This document shows positions 12,901 to 25,309 of a DNA stretch of 64,000 nt, in pieces. Position 1 is the stretch's first letter; every line of letters starts with the position of its first letter. Below the pieces are notes generated by a model. That model was not told the DNA's origin, ran no database searches, and saw only the letters and a program-made list of their open reading frames with translations. The DNA is from Hormiphora californensis (Eukaryota; Animalia; Ctenophora), in contig CM035353.1 in the NCBI GenBank assembly GCA_020137815.1, positions 4,278,001 to 4,342,000 on the forward strand, in the 5' to 3' direction. A program made the translations under genes and the position numbers.

Positions 12901-14183
12901 TGTACTCGCGGTTACAATACAGGGTGTCCCACTGTCTTTGTACTCGCGGGTACAATACAGGGTGTCCCACTGTCTTTGTACTTGCGGGTACAATACAGGG
13001 TGTCCCACTGTCTTTGTACTTGCGGGTACAATACAGGGTGTCCCACTGTCTTTGTACTCGCGGGTACAATACAGGGTGTCCCGCTGTCTTTGTACTCGCG
13101 GGGATAATACAGGGTGTCCTGCTGTCTTTGTACTCGCGGGTACAATACAGGGTGTCCCACTGTCTTTGTACTCGCGGGTACAATATGCAGGGTGTCCCAC
13201 TGTCTTTGTACTCGCGGGTACAATATAGGGTGTTCCACTGTCTTTGTACTCGCGGGTACAATACAGGGTGTCCCGCTGTCTTTGTACTCGCGGGTACAAT
13301 ACAGGGTGTCCCACTGTCTTTGTACTCGCGGGTACAATACAGAGTGTCCCGCTGTCTTTGTACTCGCGGGTACAATATAGGGTGTTCCACTGTCTTTGTA
13401 CTCGCGGGTACAATACAGGGTGTCCCACTGTCTTTGTACTCGCGGTTACAATACAGGGTGTCCCACTGTCTTTGTACTCGCGGGTACAATACAGGGTGTC
13501 CCACTGTCTTTGTACTCGCGGGTACAATTATATGCAGGGTGTCCCACTGTCTTTGTACTCGCGGGTACAATATAGGGTGTTCCACTGTCTTTGTACTCGC
13601 GGGTACAATACAGGGTGTCCCGCTGTCTTTGTACTCGCGGGTACAATACAGGGTGTCCCACTGTCTTTGTACTCGCGGGTACAATACAGGGTGTCCCACT
13701 GTCTTTGTACTCGTGGGTACAATACTACATGGGGTATAATTGTTGTAAGTGGGGCATCGTATTACAGTATCTTAGTGTGGTAATAGGATATATTGAACAG
13801 CGGGTATAGGCGGCACATCAATCGTCATAGTATAATGTATCAGAGTATTTTGAGGCTCAGAGTACGTTGATAAATTGATGTCCCAAATCCCAGTGTATGT
13901 GAGCTACACAAGTAATACAACATACCAGGAACCGACCGAATCAGGAAATACTGGTCCCTGATTGGCTGATAACCAGTCACGTGACCTAAATAACGAGTTC
14001 TGATTGGTTGTTTACTTGATTCGGTCGGTTCCTGCAACATACCCTGATGTAGTTGGCGTTAATGTAACCATCCAGCGAGTTCCCTAACTTCACTCTTGTG
14101 TGGAGATCTGGAGGGGGTTGGGTGATAGAGAGAGATATATAGAGACAGAGAGAGAGAGATAGAGAGATAGAGATAGAGAGAGA

Positions 14184-14230
<47 letters not shown>

Positions 14231-14979
14231 GTGTGTGCATTGACAGACAGCTATGTCTGACCACGGGCACAGCAGGTACTCAGAGGCAAGGTACTCAGAG
14301 GCAAGCTTTTCCACAGAAGATAGAACAGAGCTAAATGATTTTTTGCCCAAAAGCGATTAGCTCTGTTCTACTAAGAAGCAGAACATGTTTAATGAAAGTT
14401 TTGAAGCATGCACGAGGATAAACGTAACAAATTTTAAGTTTGTCTCGTGGCACAAGTAGTCCTTTCATCTCACTGTACGGCGGCGCCATACCCCATTTGA
14501 TTGATCATCCGATTTAGTGGCACCCCGATTTAGTGGCAGGATTTCCCCCCGAGGATGCCACTAAATCGGGGTCCGACTGTACTTCCTACTCCTCCAGTTT
14601 CTTCAGCAGCCTCTCATGTGGAAATGTAGCCCCCTACTGGCAGTGTCCGGTGCTAGCATATAGAAGGTATCAAAATCCTACAATGTACACACACAGTACA
14701 TAGTATACTGGGATAATACTTGAATTGTTCATATACTTTTAGTGACTGTACAGCGACTCGAGATAAAACATTGTATTGTTTGAATTGTACTACACTTAGC
14801 AGCTACGCTAACTCCCTGAGAGAGAAAGTGTAGAATGTTGCTCTTTTTTACTCTATCTCTCTCTGCTATAGCTCTCTCTCTCTCTCCCTCTATCTCTCTG
14901 CTATACCTCTCTGTTATTATAGCTCTCTCTCTCTCTCTCTATCTCCCTCTATCTCTCTGTTATACCTCTCTGTTATTAT

Positions 14980-15018
<39 letters not shown>

Positions 15019-15489
15019 CCTCTTTCTCTCTGTTATAGCTCGCTTGATAATGACAGGGCGTGGCCTCCCTCCCCTCTCTCTATCGCTCTCTCTCTCCCTC
15101 ACTAACTTTCCGCCATGTCTCTCACTTTATCTTACAAACACATTATGGCGCGCGCGATCATTTTCTGCGCACTCTACAGACACAAACCGTACAGTGGTGT
15201 CTTCGCGCCCTACTACACTTACTCGGCAAGACTCCCTTATATCGGTTCTTGAGAGAGGGAGCCCGCGAGCCACGCGTCTCTTCATTTGCTGGTAGTGCCT
15301 GGATGATAGAAAGGTGTCAGGTGCGTGTCGAAATATATTATATGAGGTGAATATATTTAATAGTGAGGATTACCAATTTTAGTGGTACTTACAGAAAATT
15401 CGGCATACAGAAGTGCTGGGTTGTCAAGCCTCTGTCGCAACTGCAAGGGTGTCAAGGGATTGGTCCGGGACTGTAGCGCTTCTTTAATT
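8123..15489 (-). CDS. Classical protein tyrosine phosphatase resembling the KIM family (PTPRR/PTPN5/PTPN7). Exons: 15489-15393, 15298-15223, 14107-14043, 12749-12624, 12534-12400, 12181-12067, 11922-11781, 11669-11533, 11195-11085, then probably 9217-9137, 9008-8845, 8321-8123. The 5' end is lost in the noisy region
   Basis: Spliced translation gives [66 protein letters not shown] and [13 protein letters not shown]. The catalytic exons are secure; the last three S/P-rich exons are less certain. Confidence 0.88.
8327..8690. repeat. Purine-rich minisatellites (about 33-bp GGAAGCTGTTTTAAGGAGGTGAGAGGAGGAAGG and GGGATGGAGGTGTAGA units)
   Basis: Directly visible repeats in an intron. Confidence 0.85.
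9663..11029 (+). CDS. Putative single-pass membrane protein, 3 exons (about 9663-9798, 10025-10334, 10480-11029)
   Basis: N-terminal hydrophobic helix ([21 protein letters not shown]) followed by RFRYK; CAG acceptors at 10024 and 10479; phases join if the GTCTGT donor at 9799 is used; no recognisable domain. Confidence 0.5.
9798..9975. repeat. (TGTC)n/(TGTCA) microsatellite
   Basis: Visible tetranucleotide run; explains several spurious ORFs. Confidence 0.95.
11227..11335. mobile_element. 109-bp hAT-like MITE
   Basis: TIR CAGGAACCGACCGA...TCGGTCGGTTCTTG; perfect 8-bp TSD GCATAACG (11219-11226 and 11336-11343). Confidence 0.92.
11936..12062. repeat. About 31-bp tandem repeat filling a PTP intron
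   Basis: TGTCACGTGGTATGCCCATATATGGTGTTGTG, about 4 copies. Confidence 0.9.
12862..13724. repeat. About 39-bp intronic minisatellite, about 22 copies
   Basis: Unit TGTACTCGCGGGTACAATACAGGGTGTCCCACTGTCTT. Confidence 0.95.
13926..14034. mobile_element. 109-bp hAT-like MITE
   Basis: Perfect TIR CAGGAACCGACCGAATCA...TGATTCGGTCGGTTCCTG; 8-bp TSD CAACATAC (13918-13925 and 14035-14042). Confidence 0.95.
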
Positions 15490-15739
15490 CTGAGGAATAG
15501 AGAGACATAGTCATTAGTAAGTGTAATTCAAGGAGACACATCTGTCTCTGTCTCTGTCTCTCTGTCTCTGTCTCTCTGTCTCTGTCTCTGTCTCTGTCTC
15601 TGTCTCTGTCTCTGTCTCTGTCTCTGTCTCTGTCTCTGTCTCTGTCTCTCTCTTACTCATGTATCTCTTTCTTCCTCTACCTCTAATCTGTCTATTTGGA
15701 CACCTTGTCGCAATCTTTGCAACATATCACAATAAATTC

Positions 15740-16284
15740 AAATAAAAAGGCGTGGGCCCTGTTTCGCTTGAAAAAAATGCCCAAAAGTGGCGAAAAGGGA
15801 AAAGAGGGGAAAAACAGAGAGAGTTTTAATAGTTTAAAAAAGAGTACAAAAAAGGGGGGAAAAGAAAAAGGGGGGGTTTTGGGGGTTTTAAAAATAACCG
15901 TTTTTTAAAAAGCGGGTAATTTTGGGGTTCGTGGGAAAAACAAAAAAAGGGAAAAAAATAACAACATAGGAAAAAAGCAAACAAGAAAAAAAAGAAAAAC
16001 CAAAAAACAAAAAAACAAAAAAAAAAGAAAAAACCAAAAAAACCAGAGAAAAAAAAAAACCAGGGAAAAAAAAAAAACGAGGCCCCAAACCCAAAAACAA
16101 AAAAAAACCCAAAAAACCCCGAGGGAAAAACCCCCAACTAAAACAGAAAAAAAAAAAGGAAAAAAACAAACAAAAAGAGAAAAAAAACAAAAAAGGGGAA
16201 AAAAAACAAACAGAGAAAAAAAAAAACAAACAAAAAAACAAAACTAACGGGAGGAAAAAACTAAAAAGGAACAAAAAAAAAGAG

Positions 16285-16316
<32 letters not shown>

Positions 16317-19300
16317 AAAAAATAAAAGAAAAACAGAGGAAAAAAAAATAAAAACAAAAAAAAAAAAACCCAGGGGAAAAAAAATTTGAAAAAAAAAGAA
16401 AAAAAACAAAAAGAAAAAAAAAATGAACATTTAAACCCAAAACTGAAATGAAAGAAAAATAAAAAAAAAAGGGAATGGTCCCAAGTAAATCAAACCCCTC
16501 CTCTCTCTTTTCTCTCCCCCTCTTCTTTCCCCCTCTCCCCTCTCTTTCTCTCTCTTTCTCCTCTTCTTTCTAACATCCCCTGGGGGGAGAGGGGTCATTT
16601 GTCATTTGCCATCCCCCCTGCTATTTTGTAGAAAAAAAGTTAAAGGGGTTCGGGGTTTGTAGGGGCCAACTTTCGCCTAGATTGAATACTACCGTCCCGG
16701 CCTGTTGTTTAAAAAGTTTAGGGAGATAAAAAAATTAAAAAGATAGAAAATATATTTTTTTGCTTTTTTCATTTAAAAATGTTGGTTTTTTGGTGTGAAA
16801 AATGGGGGCTTCTTTTTTAGCCCCCCCGGGGGCGCGGCTGGGGGTGGGGTTTGGCTGCGTCCCCCTTTTTGGTTTTGCGCCCAAAAATTTTTTAACTGCG
16901 TAAACACCAAATTTCTAGTTTTCTTTTTTTTTGGGAACCCCCACTTCCCCCAGTTTTTGGAGGCCCCCCCTTTCTTTCGTTTTTAAATTATCCACAGAAA
17001 TGGGGGGATGAAGAGGGGGCCACAAAAAAAAACCCCCGAGGAAAGAGAGAGAAAGAGAGAGAAAAGAGAGAGAGAGGGGAAAAGAGAGAGAGGAGAGAAG
17101 AGAAGAGAAGAAAAGGGGAGGGCCCCCCCAGGTCCCCCCCCGCCCCCCCCCCGCCCCCCCCAAAACCCGCCCCCACCTGGGGCCTCCCCCTGGCCCTTTC
17201 CCCCCCCCAACCCCGGGGAACTCCCTTTTGAAAGACGGCGGGCCAAATTTTAAAAAAAAATTTAAAAAGACCCCCCCTTGAAAGAGCCCCCCCCGCTCCC
17301 CCGGGCCCTTTTTCCTTTGAAACTGCCCCCCGGGCCCCCCCAACAGTCCCGGCGGGGGCCCCCCGGGCCCCCCCCCGGGGAAACCCCCTTTGGGAAATTT
17401 TTGGGAAAATTTTTGGGGGGAAAAAGGGGAAAAGGGGGGGGGGGAAAAAAAAGGGGCAAAAAAGGGGAAATTTAATTTTTTAAAAAAAAGAAATTTATTT
17501 AAAAAAACCCCCCTTTTGGTTCCTTTTTTATCTCTTTACCTTACTAAAATTCACCAATAATTCACCTAACCTTATTACCAAAAACCATTCCAAATTTTCC
17601 CAAAATTTTTCCAAGGGAAAAAGGGGAAAAAAAGGGGAAGAAAAAGAGAAAAAAGGGAAAAATTTTTTTTAACCCCCCCCCCCCGAAAGGGAAACCTTCC
17701 GGGGTTTTATTAATTCCCCCCCTTCAATACTCCCCAATGTACCCCCCCAAATTTACCATCCTTTTAAAACCGCCTTGTAATTCAACCCCAAATACATCCC
17801 CCTTTTCCTCCTCATTAACCATTCCAAAATCTCCCCAAATTTTTCCTTGCCCATTCTATTTTATCTCTCTCTCCCCAAAAGCTTTTCTCAAACCCTCCCC
17901 TTCTCTTCTCTTCTCTTCCCCCAACCCCTTTCTCTTCTCTCATTCTTCCCCCTCTATCTCTTTCCCCCTTCTCACCCTTACCATCTCAAGTCTTTCTTTC
18001 TTCTCTGACTAAAAAAGGAAGTTCAAAAAAACCCTCTTTTCTTTTTCTTTCTCTATTTCTCCTCTAAATTTTCCCCTCCCCTCTCTCAAATTTCTTTTTC
18101 CTACCCTCTCTCCTCTTTCTCCTCTCCGTCTCTTTTTCTCTCTCTCTCCCCTTTCTCTCTCTTTTCTTTTCCTCTCATCTCCCCTTCTCTCTCCCCTCAC
18201 CATTCTTTCTCTCTATTTCCCCTCTTTATCTCTCCCCCCCGAAAAATTTTTACAAACAAAAGGGAGCAACGGGGAAACCAAGCTAGAAACGCTTTAAATA
18301 ATGTAAAAACCTTTTAAAATTTTAAACCCCAATACTAAACACGATTCTATCCCTAAATCTATTCTTCAGTCCGTCTCTCTAATGTTATATATTTACTTTT
18401 TTTATTTTTTATAACCAAATTAGGGGGTTTTTTCCCTTTATAAGACCCAAAAGAATAAAAAACCCCCCAAAAAGCCTACTCCCAAAAGGGGGGTTTCCCG
18501 GGGGGAATTCCGAGGGTTCCTGAAGACAAGGATTAAATCAAAAACCCGGGTTTTTAAAAACCACATATATGGGGTGGGCCCCCTTTTTCCCCCGGGGACC
18601 CGATAACCCCTCGTTCTGAAAATTTTGGGAGTAATCGCGGGAAATTGGGTGAAAAAAGGGGATTACTTGATCTCCCAAAACCCGAGGGTGTGTAATTGGG
18701 CTTTTAAGGTTTTAAACGATTTACGGGGGAAAAGGTGCACCCCGGGTTTAGTTCCCAAAAGGAGGGCTATTGGGGGATTGGGGTTTTGCGCCCATGATTA
18801 GATCAAATTCATCGATGGCAGGAAAGACAATATGATACGGGAGTCCCGATTTTATTATTTGGGAGATAGGGGGAGGGGGGGGTCCTTTAAATTTTAAATC
18901 AAGTTTATAAAGGGATTTTTTACCTTTTTGGCCCTCGGTGATGGGTTTGTAATTAATTTGGTGCAAGTGACTGCAATCTGCGCTTTAAAAGATCCAACAG
19001 CCCGCGGGAAATTATCCCGACACCCCCTCCCTACTGCAGGGAAACCGGGAGGGTACGACGTCCACGTACCCCGCTGCAAGGTGATTTTGGTTGGAAAGGG
19101 CGTAAATGTCCCGCCCAAAATACCCTTTTTGGGAGTGGTGGAGGGGCGACACTGCCCAAAATTTTGGGTTTACAAAGTTACGAAGCCCCCCTTCCCCACG
19201 CGCGCGAAGGGTCCCCCCCAACAGAGGGTGAGGTGTTTTCGAAAACCAAACCCCAAAAAATCCCCTTGACACCCCAACTGGGGAAAACATAGAACGGACG

Positions 19301-22300
19301 GGCCCGCCCGTTTCCAAAGTTCCCCTGGAATTTTACCTTGTGGGAAAAAAAAAAAGAGGGATGAAGGGGCCCAAGTTTGGGCCAAAACCCCTCATGGGAG
19401 TTTAGGTATTTGTCTTTGGGGAAAAACCGTAAATAAAAACCTTCCAGATTTAAAAAAAAGGGGGGGGGTACCATGCCCAATACAAGGGGGCCCATAATTA
19501 TGGGGCCCGGGGGAAACGAGCTGTACCCCCCGAAAGGGTTTGTGTTGTGCTAAAAAAAAACCCGGGAACATTTTGGAAAACCAATTCCTTGGTTTTTTTA
19601 AAAAATAATGGTTTTTATTCAAAATTCATTTTTTTTCATAAAATAAAACGTTCTTAATGAATTGGGACTCTTTTTTAAAGAAAGGGGACCCTTTTTTTTG
19701 GGTTGAATTTATTTTTCCAATGAGCACCATAAAAATAAAATTTGAAGCACGGGGAAAAACAGGGCTTTTTTGGAAAATGCCCCTGCAGGGTTTTTTGGTC
19801 TTCCGGGAGCTTTTCAATACCCTGTTAACGGCAAAACCCTTTTTTTAAAAACCTTTTTTAAAAATTGGGGTAAACGATAAAAAGATCTTTGCTCACAAAA
19901 AAATAAAGGTCAAACAAAATTCTTTTTTTGATTTTGGGGTAGTTTTTTCCACTCATTCGGACCAAACACCCTAAGTGATAAAAGGTTGGGGGTTTGCTTT
20001 GGGGCCCCACCCTGCATATGGAAGGTTAAAAACACGTTTCCGGGCTATTTTTGGGGTTCCTGTGATCATATGATACGACCCTCTTCTGGCCCTATCAAGG
20101 GGTTTTCTCGAAACAAACTGTGATTTGGGTTATCTGTGATTGGTATCGGCAGCAAGTTGAAAATCTCATAGCCCTCGAAATTTGATTAGCCCCATAATGA
20201 GTTATTTTGGGGTGAAAAATAGTTTATTCTTTTTACGTCCTTTTTAATCTCTTTATCTAAATCAACTCATTTCTTGAGCTAATCATAATTTTTTTAGGGG
20301 CTATGAGATCTCTCAACTTGCTGACGATACCGATCACAGATAACCCAAATCACAGCTTGATTCGAGAAACCCCTTTATTATGGCTCAGAAAAGGGGTCAG
20401 ATATCATCCTATCACTGACCCCATAAACCCGCCCGGAAAAGTTTTTTTACACCCCTCCATCCGCGGGTATGGGCCAACAAAAACCCACTTTTTTCCTTTT
20501 GGAGTTTGGGTTTCCCGAATGAGTGGAAGAACTACCAAAACGAAAAAAAGAACTTCCCGTTTTGACCTTGATTTTTCTTTTGACAAAAAAACTTTCTTAT
20601 CCCAAAGTTCACCCAAAATTTTTAAAAAATTGAACAAAATTTTGCCTATACGCGTTGAAAGTCCAGGGAAAACCCAAAAACTGCATGTCATTTTCTCAAA
20701 ATGCCATGTGACCTGGGCTTCAAATTTTTTTTTCTGGTCTCATTGAAAGATAAAATTCAACCCAAACAAAATGGGTCACTCTCTTAAATTAGAGTCCTTA
20801 AATTTATTAAAGAAAGTGTTAATTTCATAATGAAAAATGAACTTTGAATAAAAAAACTCATTATTTGCAAAAATTTCCAAGGAAATTTTTCCCATGTTCC
20901 CGTATTTGTTTTAACCCCATACCGTTTTGGGTACGCTCTCCCCCGGCCTCATAAATTTTTGGCCCCTTTATGGGCGTGCCTTTTTCTGGAAAAGGGCCCA
21001 CTTTTGTCCCGAACATCAAAATTTGCTGTAAATGGTAAAACGTGTGATGGGGGTTTCAAACTATAAATTGGGTCTTTGCTTGGGGGCTAACACATTCAAG
21101 GAAAATTTTTTACCCAAAAAAAGGGGCCCCTGAAAACAAACAGGGAAGGGTCACCGGGTGGCGGTTTCTAAAATGGTTAGGCCAAAACATCACTGGTCTA
21201 AAAATCCCCAAATTTTTTCTCTATAACCTTCCCAGGGTTTTCACCGTCATTTTTTAACCTCGCGAAAGAATAAAAGATGAACTTTCAAATCATACTATAA
21301 AAAGTCAAAAGGTAAGATCCAAAGATACATGCCAGAAAGAAAGATTCAATTTTTAAAATTTTAAAAAGTTAAAAAATTCCCAAAAATTGGACAATATCAT
21401 GGACAACACTAAACCAAAAAATAAAAAAAATCGTTCATTGGGCGTCGGTAAAGGACCGAAACCGGGGGGGGAAAAGGGAAATTAAGGGGTTGGGAATTTA
21501 CTAAAAATTTTTGGCATTGTTACGGTATAACGTACTGAAACCAAATCTATACATACAAAATTTTTAAAATAAAAATTTGGGTTTAGCTTTTGGTTATCCC
21601 TGTACATTTACAATAATATATCATGTACATTATGGTGCTAAAAACCCTTTTTAGAAAACCGTTAACGGGGGAAAAAGGAATCAGTTTCCGACACAATGTT
21701 TACCAAGCTGTAAAGGGGGGTGGGGAATTTTAAACCTGGCATCTACAATTAATGTAGATACCTAAAAATCTGTACCTAAAAAAAAAGAAACGGGTTTTCC
21801 GGTAAAATGCAAAAGCAATATTAGCATTCACTTTTTTTCCTTAAAACGTAAATACCCCGATATTTTAAAATTTTTTCGGGGGGAAGAGCAATTTCAAACT
21901 CCGCAGGGTTTTTTTGTAGGGTTAGTTTTTCCCTTTAAAATTCCCGGGGCCCAAAGTTTTTTTTAAAAAGGTAAAAAATTTGTATGTGTAAAGAAAAAAA
22001 AACACATTTTTTTTCGCAATATTTATATAAAATTTTAATATATTTTTATTTTTAAAAAATTTATTTTAAAACCTACTCCGACATAATTTTCGAAGAGGAG
22101 AAGAAGAAAAGAGAGAGAGAGAGGATAGAAAATTACTTCGTTTCCCTTTTCCCCGGTTTTTGTTGTTTAAAAGAACCTTCTCCCCCTTTTCTCTCCCCCT
22201 TCTCTCTCTTTCCCTCTATCTATCCCCCCCTTTTTCCCAATTTCTCCGGCTTCTCCCCTTCTTTTCCCCTCTATTTTCCCAAGTCCCCTCTTTTCTCTCT

Positions 22301-23100
22301 CGCTACTTTTCTCTCCCTCTCCCCCCCCCCTTTTCTCTTTTCTCCCCCCTCTCTTTTTTCCCCCCTTTTTTCTCTCTTCTTCCTCTCTTTCTCTCTCCCG
22401 TCTCCATTTTTCTGTCCTTCTCTCCCTCTCTGCTTTTCCCGCGCCCCTCCTTTCCTCCCTTTTCTCCCCTTTCCCTCTCCCTTTCTGCCTCCTCTCTCGG
22501 CCTCGCTCCCGTTTCTCCTCTTCCCCTCCTCTTCTCCCCCCTTTTCCCTCCCCCTCTTCCCCTCCTCCCTCTATCCGTCTCCCCCTAAGGGGAAAAAGGG
22601 GTTCTTTTTCCTTCTCCCCCTTTTCCCCCTTTCTTTTCTTTTCCTTTATCCTCCCCTTCCCTGGGAAATTTTAATTTTTTTTGAAAAATTCTTTTTTTCT
22701 TTTTCCACTTTTGTTTTCCTTTGTTAAATTTTGAACTGAAAAAAAATCTTGGTCCATTATCTTTAAAAAAAAATAAAAACCCCCTATTTTGGTTACAAAC
22801 TTTTGGTTTAAAAAAATCCCCCCCCCTTACGGGGTTACTATTTGGGTTTTAAAAAAAAAAAAAAAAAAAATTAAAATCAACCCCTATCCCCCCTTCCTCC
22901 CTTTCCGGGACGGGAAAAGGGGTAAACCCCTTATCTGTAGTCCCTCTCCCAATTTTTTATTTCTATTTAAACCCCCAACCTTGAAGAAAAAAATCCCGGG
23001 CTTGCCGGGGGAAAAATTTTAAAAAAAAAAAAAAAACCGGACCTAAAAAATCAAGGGGAAAACCCCCCACTTGAAACGTGGTACCTTGGGGGGTCCTACG
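15740..23100. other. Low-quality, homopolymer-inflated sequence (probably unpolished single long-read segment)
   Basis: Long runs of A/C/G/T throughout; 22995-23100 is a corrupted reverse complement of the clean 24278-24358. Confidence 0.85.
19480..20990. mobile_element. Degraded foldback element of about 1.5 kb centred near 20235
   Basis: CTGTGATTTGGGTTATCTGTGATTGGTATCG (about 20118) pairs with CGATACCGATCACAGATAACCCAAATCACAG (about 20325); outer arms also pair loosely. Confidence 0.7.
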
Positions 23101-24358
23101 AATGGCACTACGGTGCGGGATAAAAAAATCCATTCCCTAAAATCTTTTTTTTTACTTTTATTTGATTTGGGTCAAAATTGGCTATATTAAACGTGGTCCC
23201 GAAAAATCCATAATGACTTAGCACACGAAATATGTCACCCCCACCTATTTTTGCACGTAGAATCGATTGCCGTTGAAGTCGAATCTCTAAAATGACTGTA
23301 AAATGGTCAAAAGTTGATTTTTTACCATTTTTTGGAGGTTTTTGGCCCCTAAACCATTGAAAACGTTGAGATAGGAATTTGAAACTTGTGCCAATCGTTA
23401 AAATGGTCATTTTTCTACCAAGAACCAAGTTTTCGTGTATATCCGATTTATGGTTAGATTTGGGCAAATTGTTGAAATCTGCCAACTAGGAGAACCGTAA
23501 CTTGATTTTCTTGTTTTTTGGATTTTGGCATTTTTGACAAACTTCTGATTGAAATGGTCAATCGGGACCATGCTTAAGTTGTTTATGGGACAATTTTCGA
23601 CTAAAATCCAAGATTTCATACCAATCCAATAACAGATCGTTGATTTATAGAAAATTTAAGTAGGCAAAACGGTCAAAACAACAACTTTTCTTGCTTATTT
23701 TGACCGTTTTGCCTACTTAAATTTTCTATAAATCAACGATCTGTTATTGGATTGGTATGAAATCTTGGATTTTAGTCGAAAATTGTCCCATAAACAACTT
23801 AAGCATGGTCCCGATTGACCATTTCAATCAGAAGTTTGTCAAAAATGCCAAAATCCAAAAAACAAGAAAATCAAGTTACGGTTCTCCTAGTTGGCAGATT
23901 TCAACAATTTGCCCAAATCTAACCATAAATCGGATATACACGAAAACTTGGTTCTTGGTAGAAAAATGACCATTTTAACGATTGGCACAAGTTTCAAATT
24001 CCTATCTCAACGTTTTCAATGGTTTAGGGGCCAAAAACCTCCAAAAAATGGTAAAAAATCAACTTTTGACCATTTTACAGTCATTTTAGAGATTCGACTT
24101 CAACGGCAATCGATTCTACGTGCAAAAATAGGTGGGGGTGACATATTTCGTGTGCTAAGTCATTATGGATTTTTCGGGACCACGTTTAATATAGCCAATT
24201 TTGACCCAAATCAAATAAAAGTAAAAAAAAAGATTTTAGGGAATGGATTTTTTTATCCCGCACCGTAGTGCCATTCTGTAGACCCTCAGCTACCACGTAC
24301 AAGTGGTGGTTTCCCGTTGCATGCTAGGTCGTGTTAAAATTTCACCAGGCACGCCGTG
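22995..24358. mobile_element. Foldback (palindromic) DNA element of about 1.36 kb
   Basis: 23101-23679 is the exact reverse complement of 23698-24276, with an 18-nt spacer; pairing continues outward in noisy form; right end ...GGCACGCCGTG followed by TA. Confidence 0.85.
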
Positions 24359-24362
24359 TATA

Positions 24363-25309
24363 ATGGCGTCTAATGTGAAGTTGGTTATAGTTGGTGATGG
24401 GGCAGTTGGGAAAACATGTTTGATAATGTCATACAAGCTGGAAATTTTCCCAGATGAAAGTGAATACCTCCCAACGTAAGGAGTTTTACAATTTGCTAAT
24501 TAAAATTTGGCTGATACTACTCAATTTGAGATGATATCTAACTAACCCTCATAATTAGAAACTCAATCCTCCTCATATCAGTGTTTATGAGTACTGTTCA
24601 TGCAATCTGACTGTTGATGAGAATCAAGTATCTCTTGGTTTATGGGACACCGCTGGACAGAAAGACTATGATCGCATCCGACCTTTTTCCTACCCGAGAA
24701 CCGATGTTCTCCTTCTATGCTTCTCCGTGGACAATAGAGACTCATTTGGTCATGTTGAATCAATATGGATGCCAGAGGTAATAAAGATACGTTTGGGCTG
24801 TTAAACCGAGCGAAACAAGTAAACAACTAAACAGAACTCGTGAATTAGGTCACGTGACTGGTTATCAGCCAATCAGGTACCAGTATTTCCTGATTCGGTC
24901 GGTTCCTGGCCTGTTTTTTGTAAAGTGCAAACTAGGCCCTATCATTAAATCACCCCTTTAGTTGTCTCATCACTGCCCGGGAGTACCCATCATTCTGGTG
25001 GGGACCAAGGCAGACCTCCGACATGATCCCAATCTGTCGTGCGTTGGTTTAGCAGAGGGAGTGGGCATGGCAAGGAAGATTGGAGCGGTGAAGTTTATGG
25101 AATGTTCTGCTCTAAAGCAGGAAGGTATGTCCATTCAGTGTCCCCCAATTTACACTTTATTTAAATGTTATGTTACCTGGACTCTGATCACTACTGTAGC
25201 TAAACCACCTTGTTTTCACGCAGGACTAAAAGAAGTGTTTGACGAAGCCATTAGGGCTGCTATTGCTGGACAGAATAAGGCCAAGAAAGCTAAATGTACT
25301 CTTTCGTGA
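24363..25309 (+). CDS. Rac/Rho-family small GTPase, paralogue 1 (exons 24363-24475, 24582-24777, 24962-25124, 25224-25309)
   Basis: [39 protein letters not shown], polybasic tail plus CAAX (CTLS). Confidence 0.93.
24803..24908. mobile_element. 109-bp MITE family, diverged copy in GTPase intron 2
   Basis: GGTCACGTGACTGGTTATCAGCCAATCAGG...TCGGTCGGTTCCTG; absent from the homologous intron of paralogue 2. Confidence 0.88.

Noticed and set aside
12535-13809. Long ORFs (up to 330 aa) in several frames
   Set aside because: Translations of an intronic minisatellite.
15826-22588. F-, K-, G- and P-rich ORFs
   Set aside because: Products of homopolymer-corrupted sequence.
23108-24268. Identical ORF pairs on opposite strands
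   Set aside because: A consequence of the palindrome; no transposase motifs.
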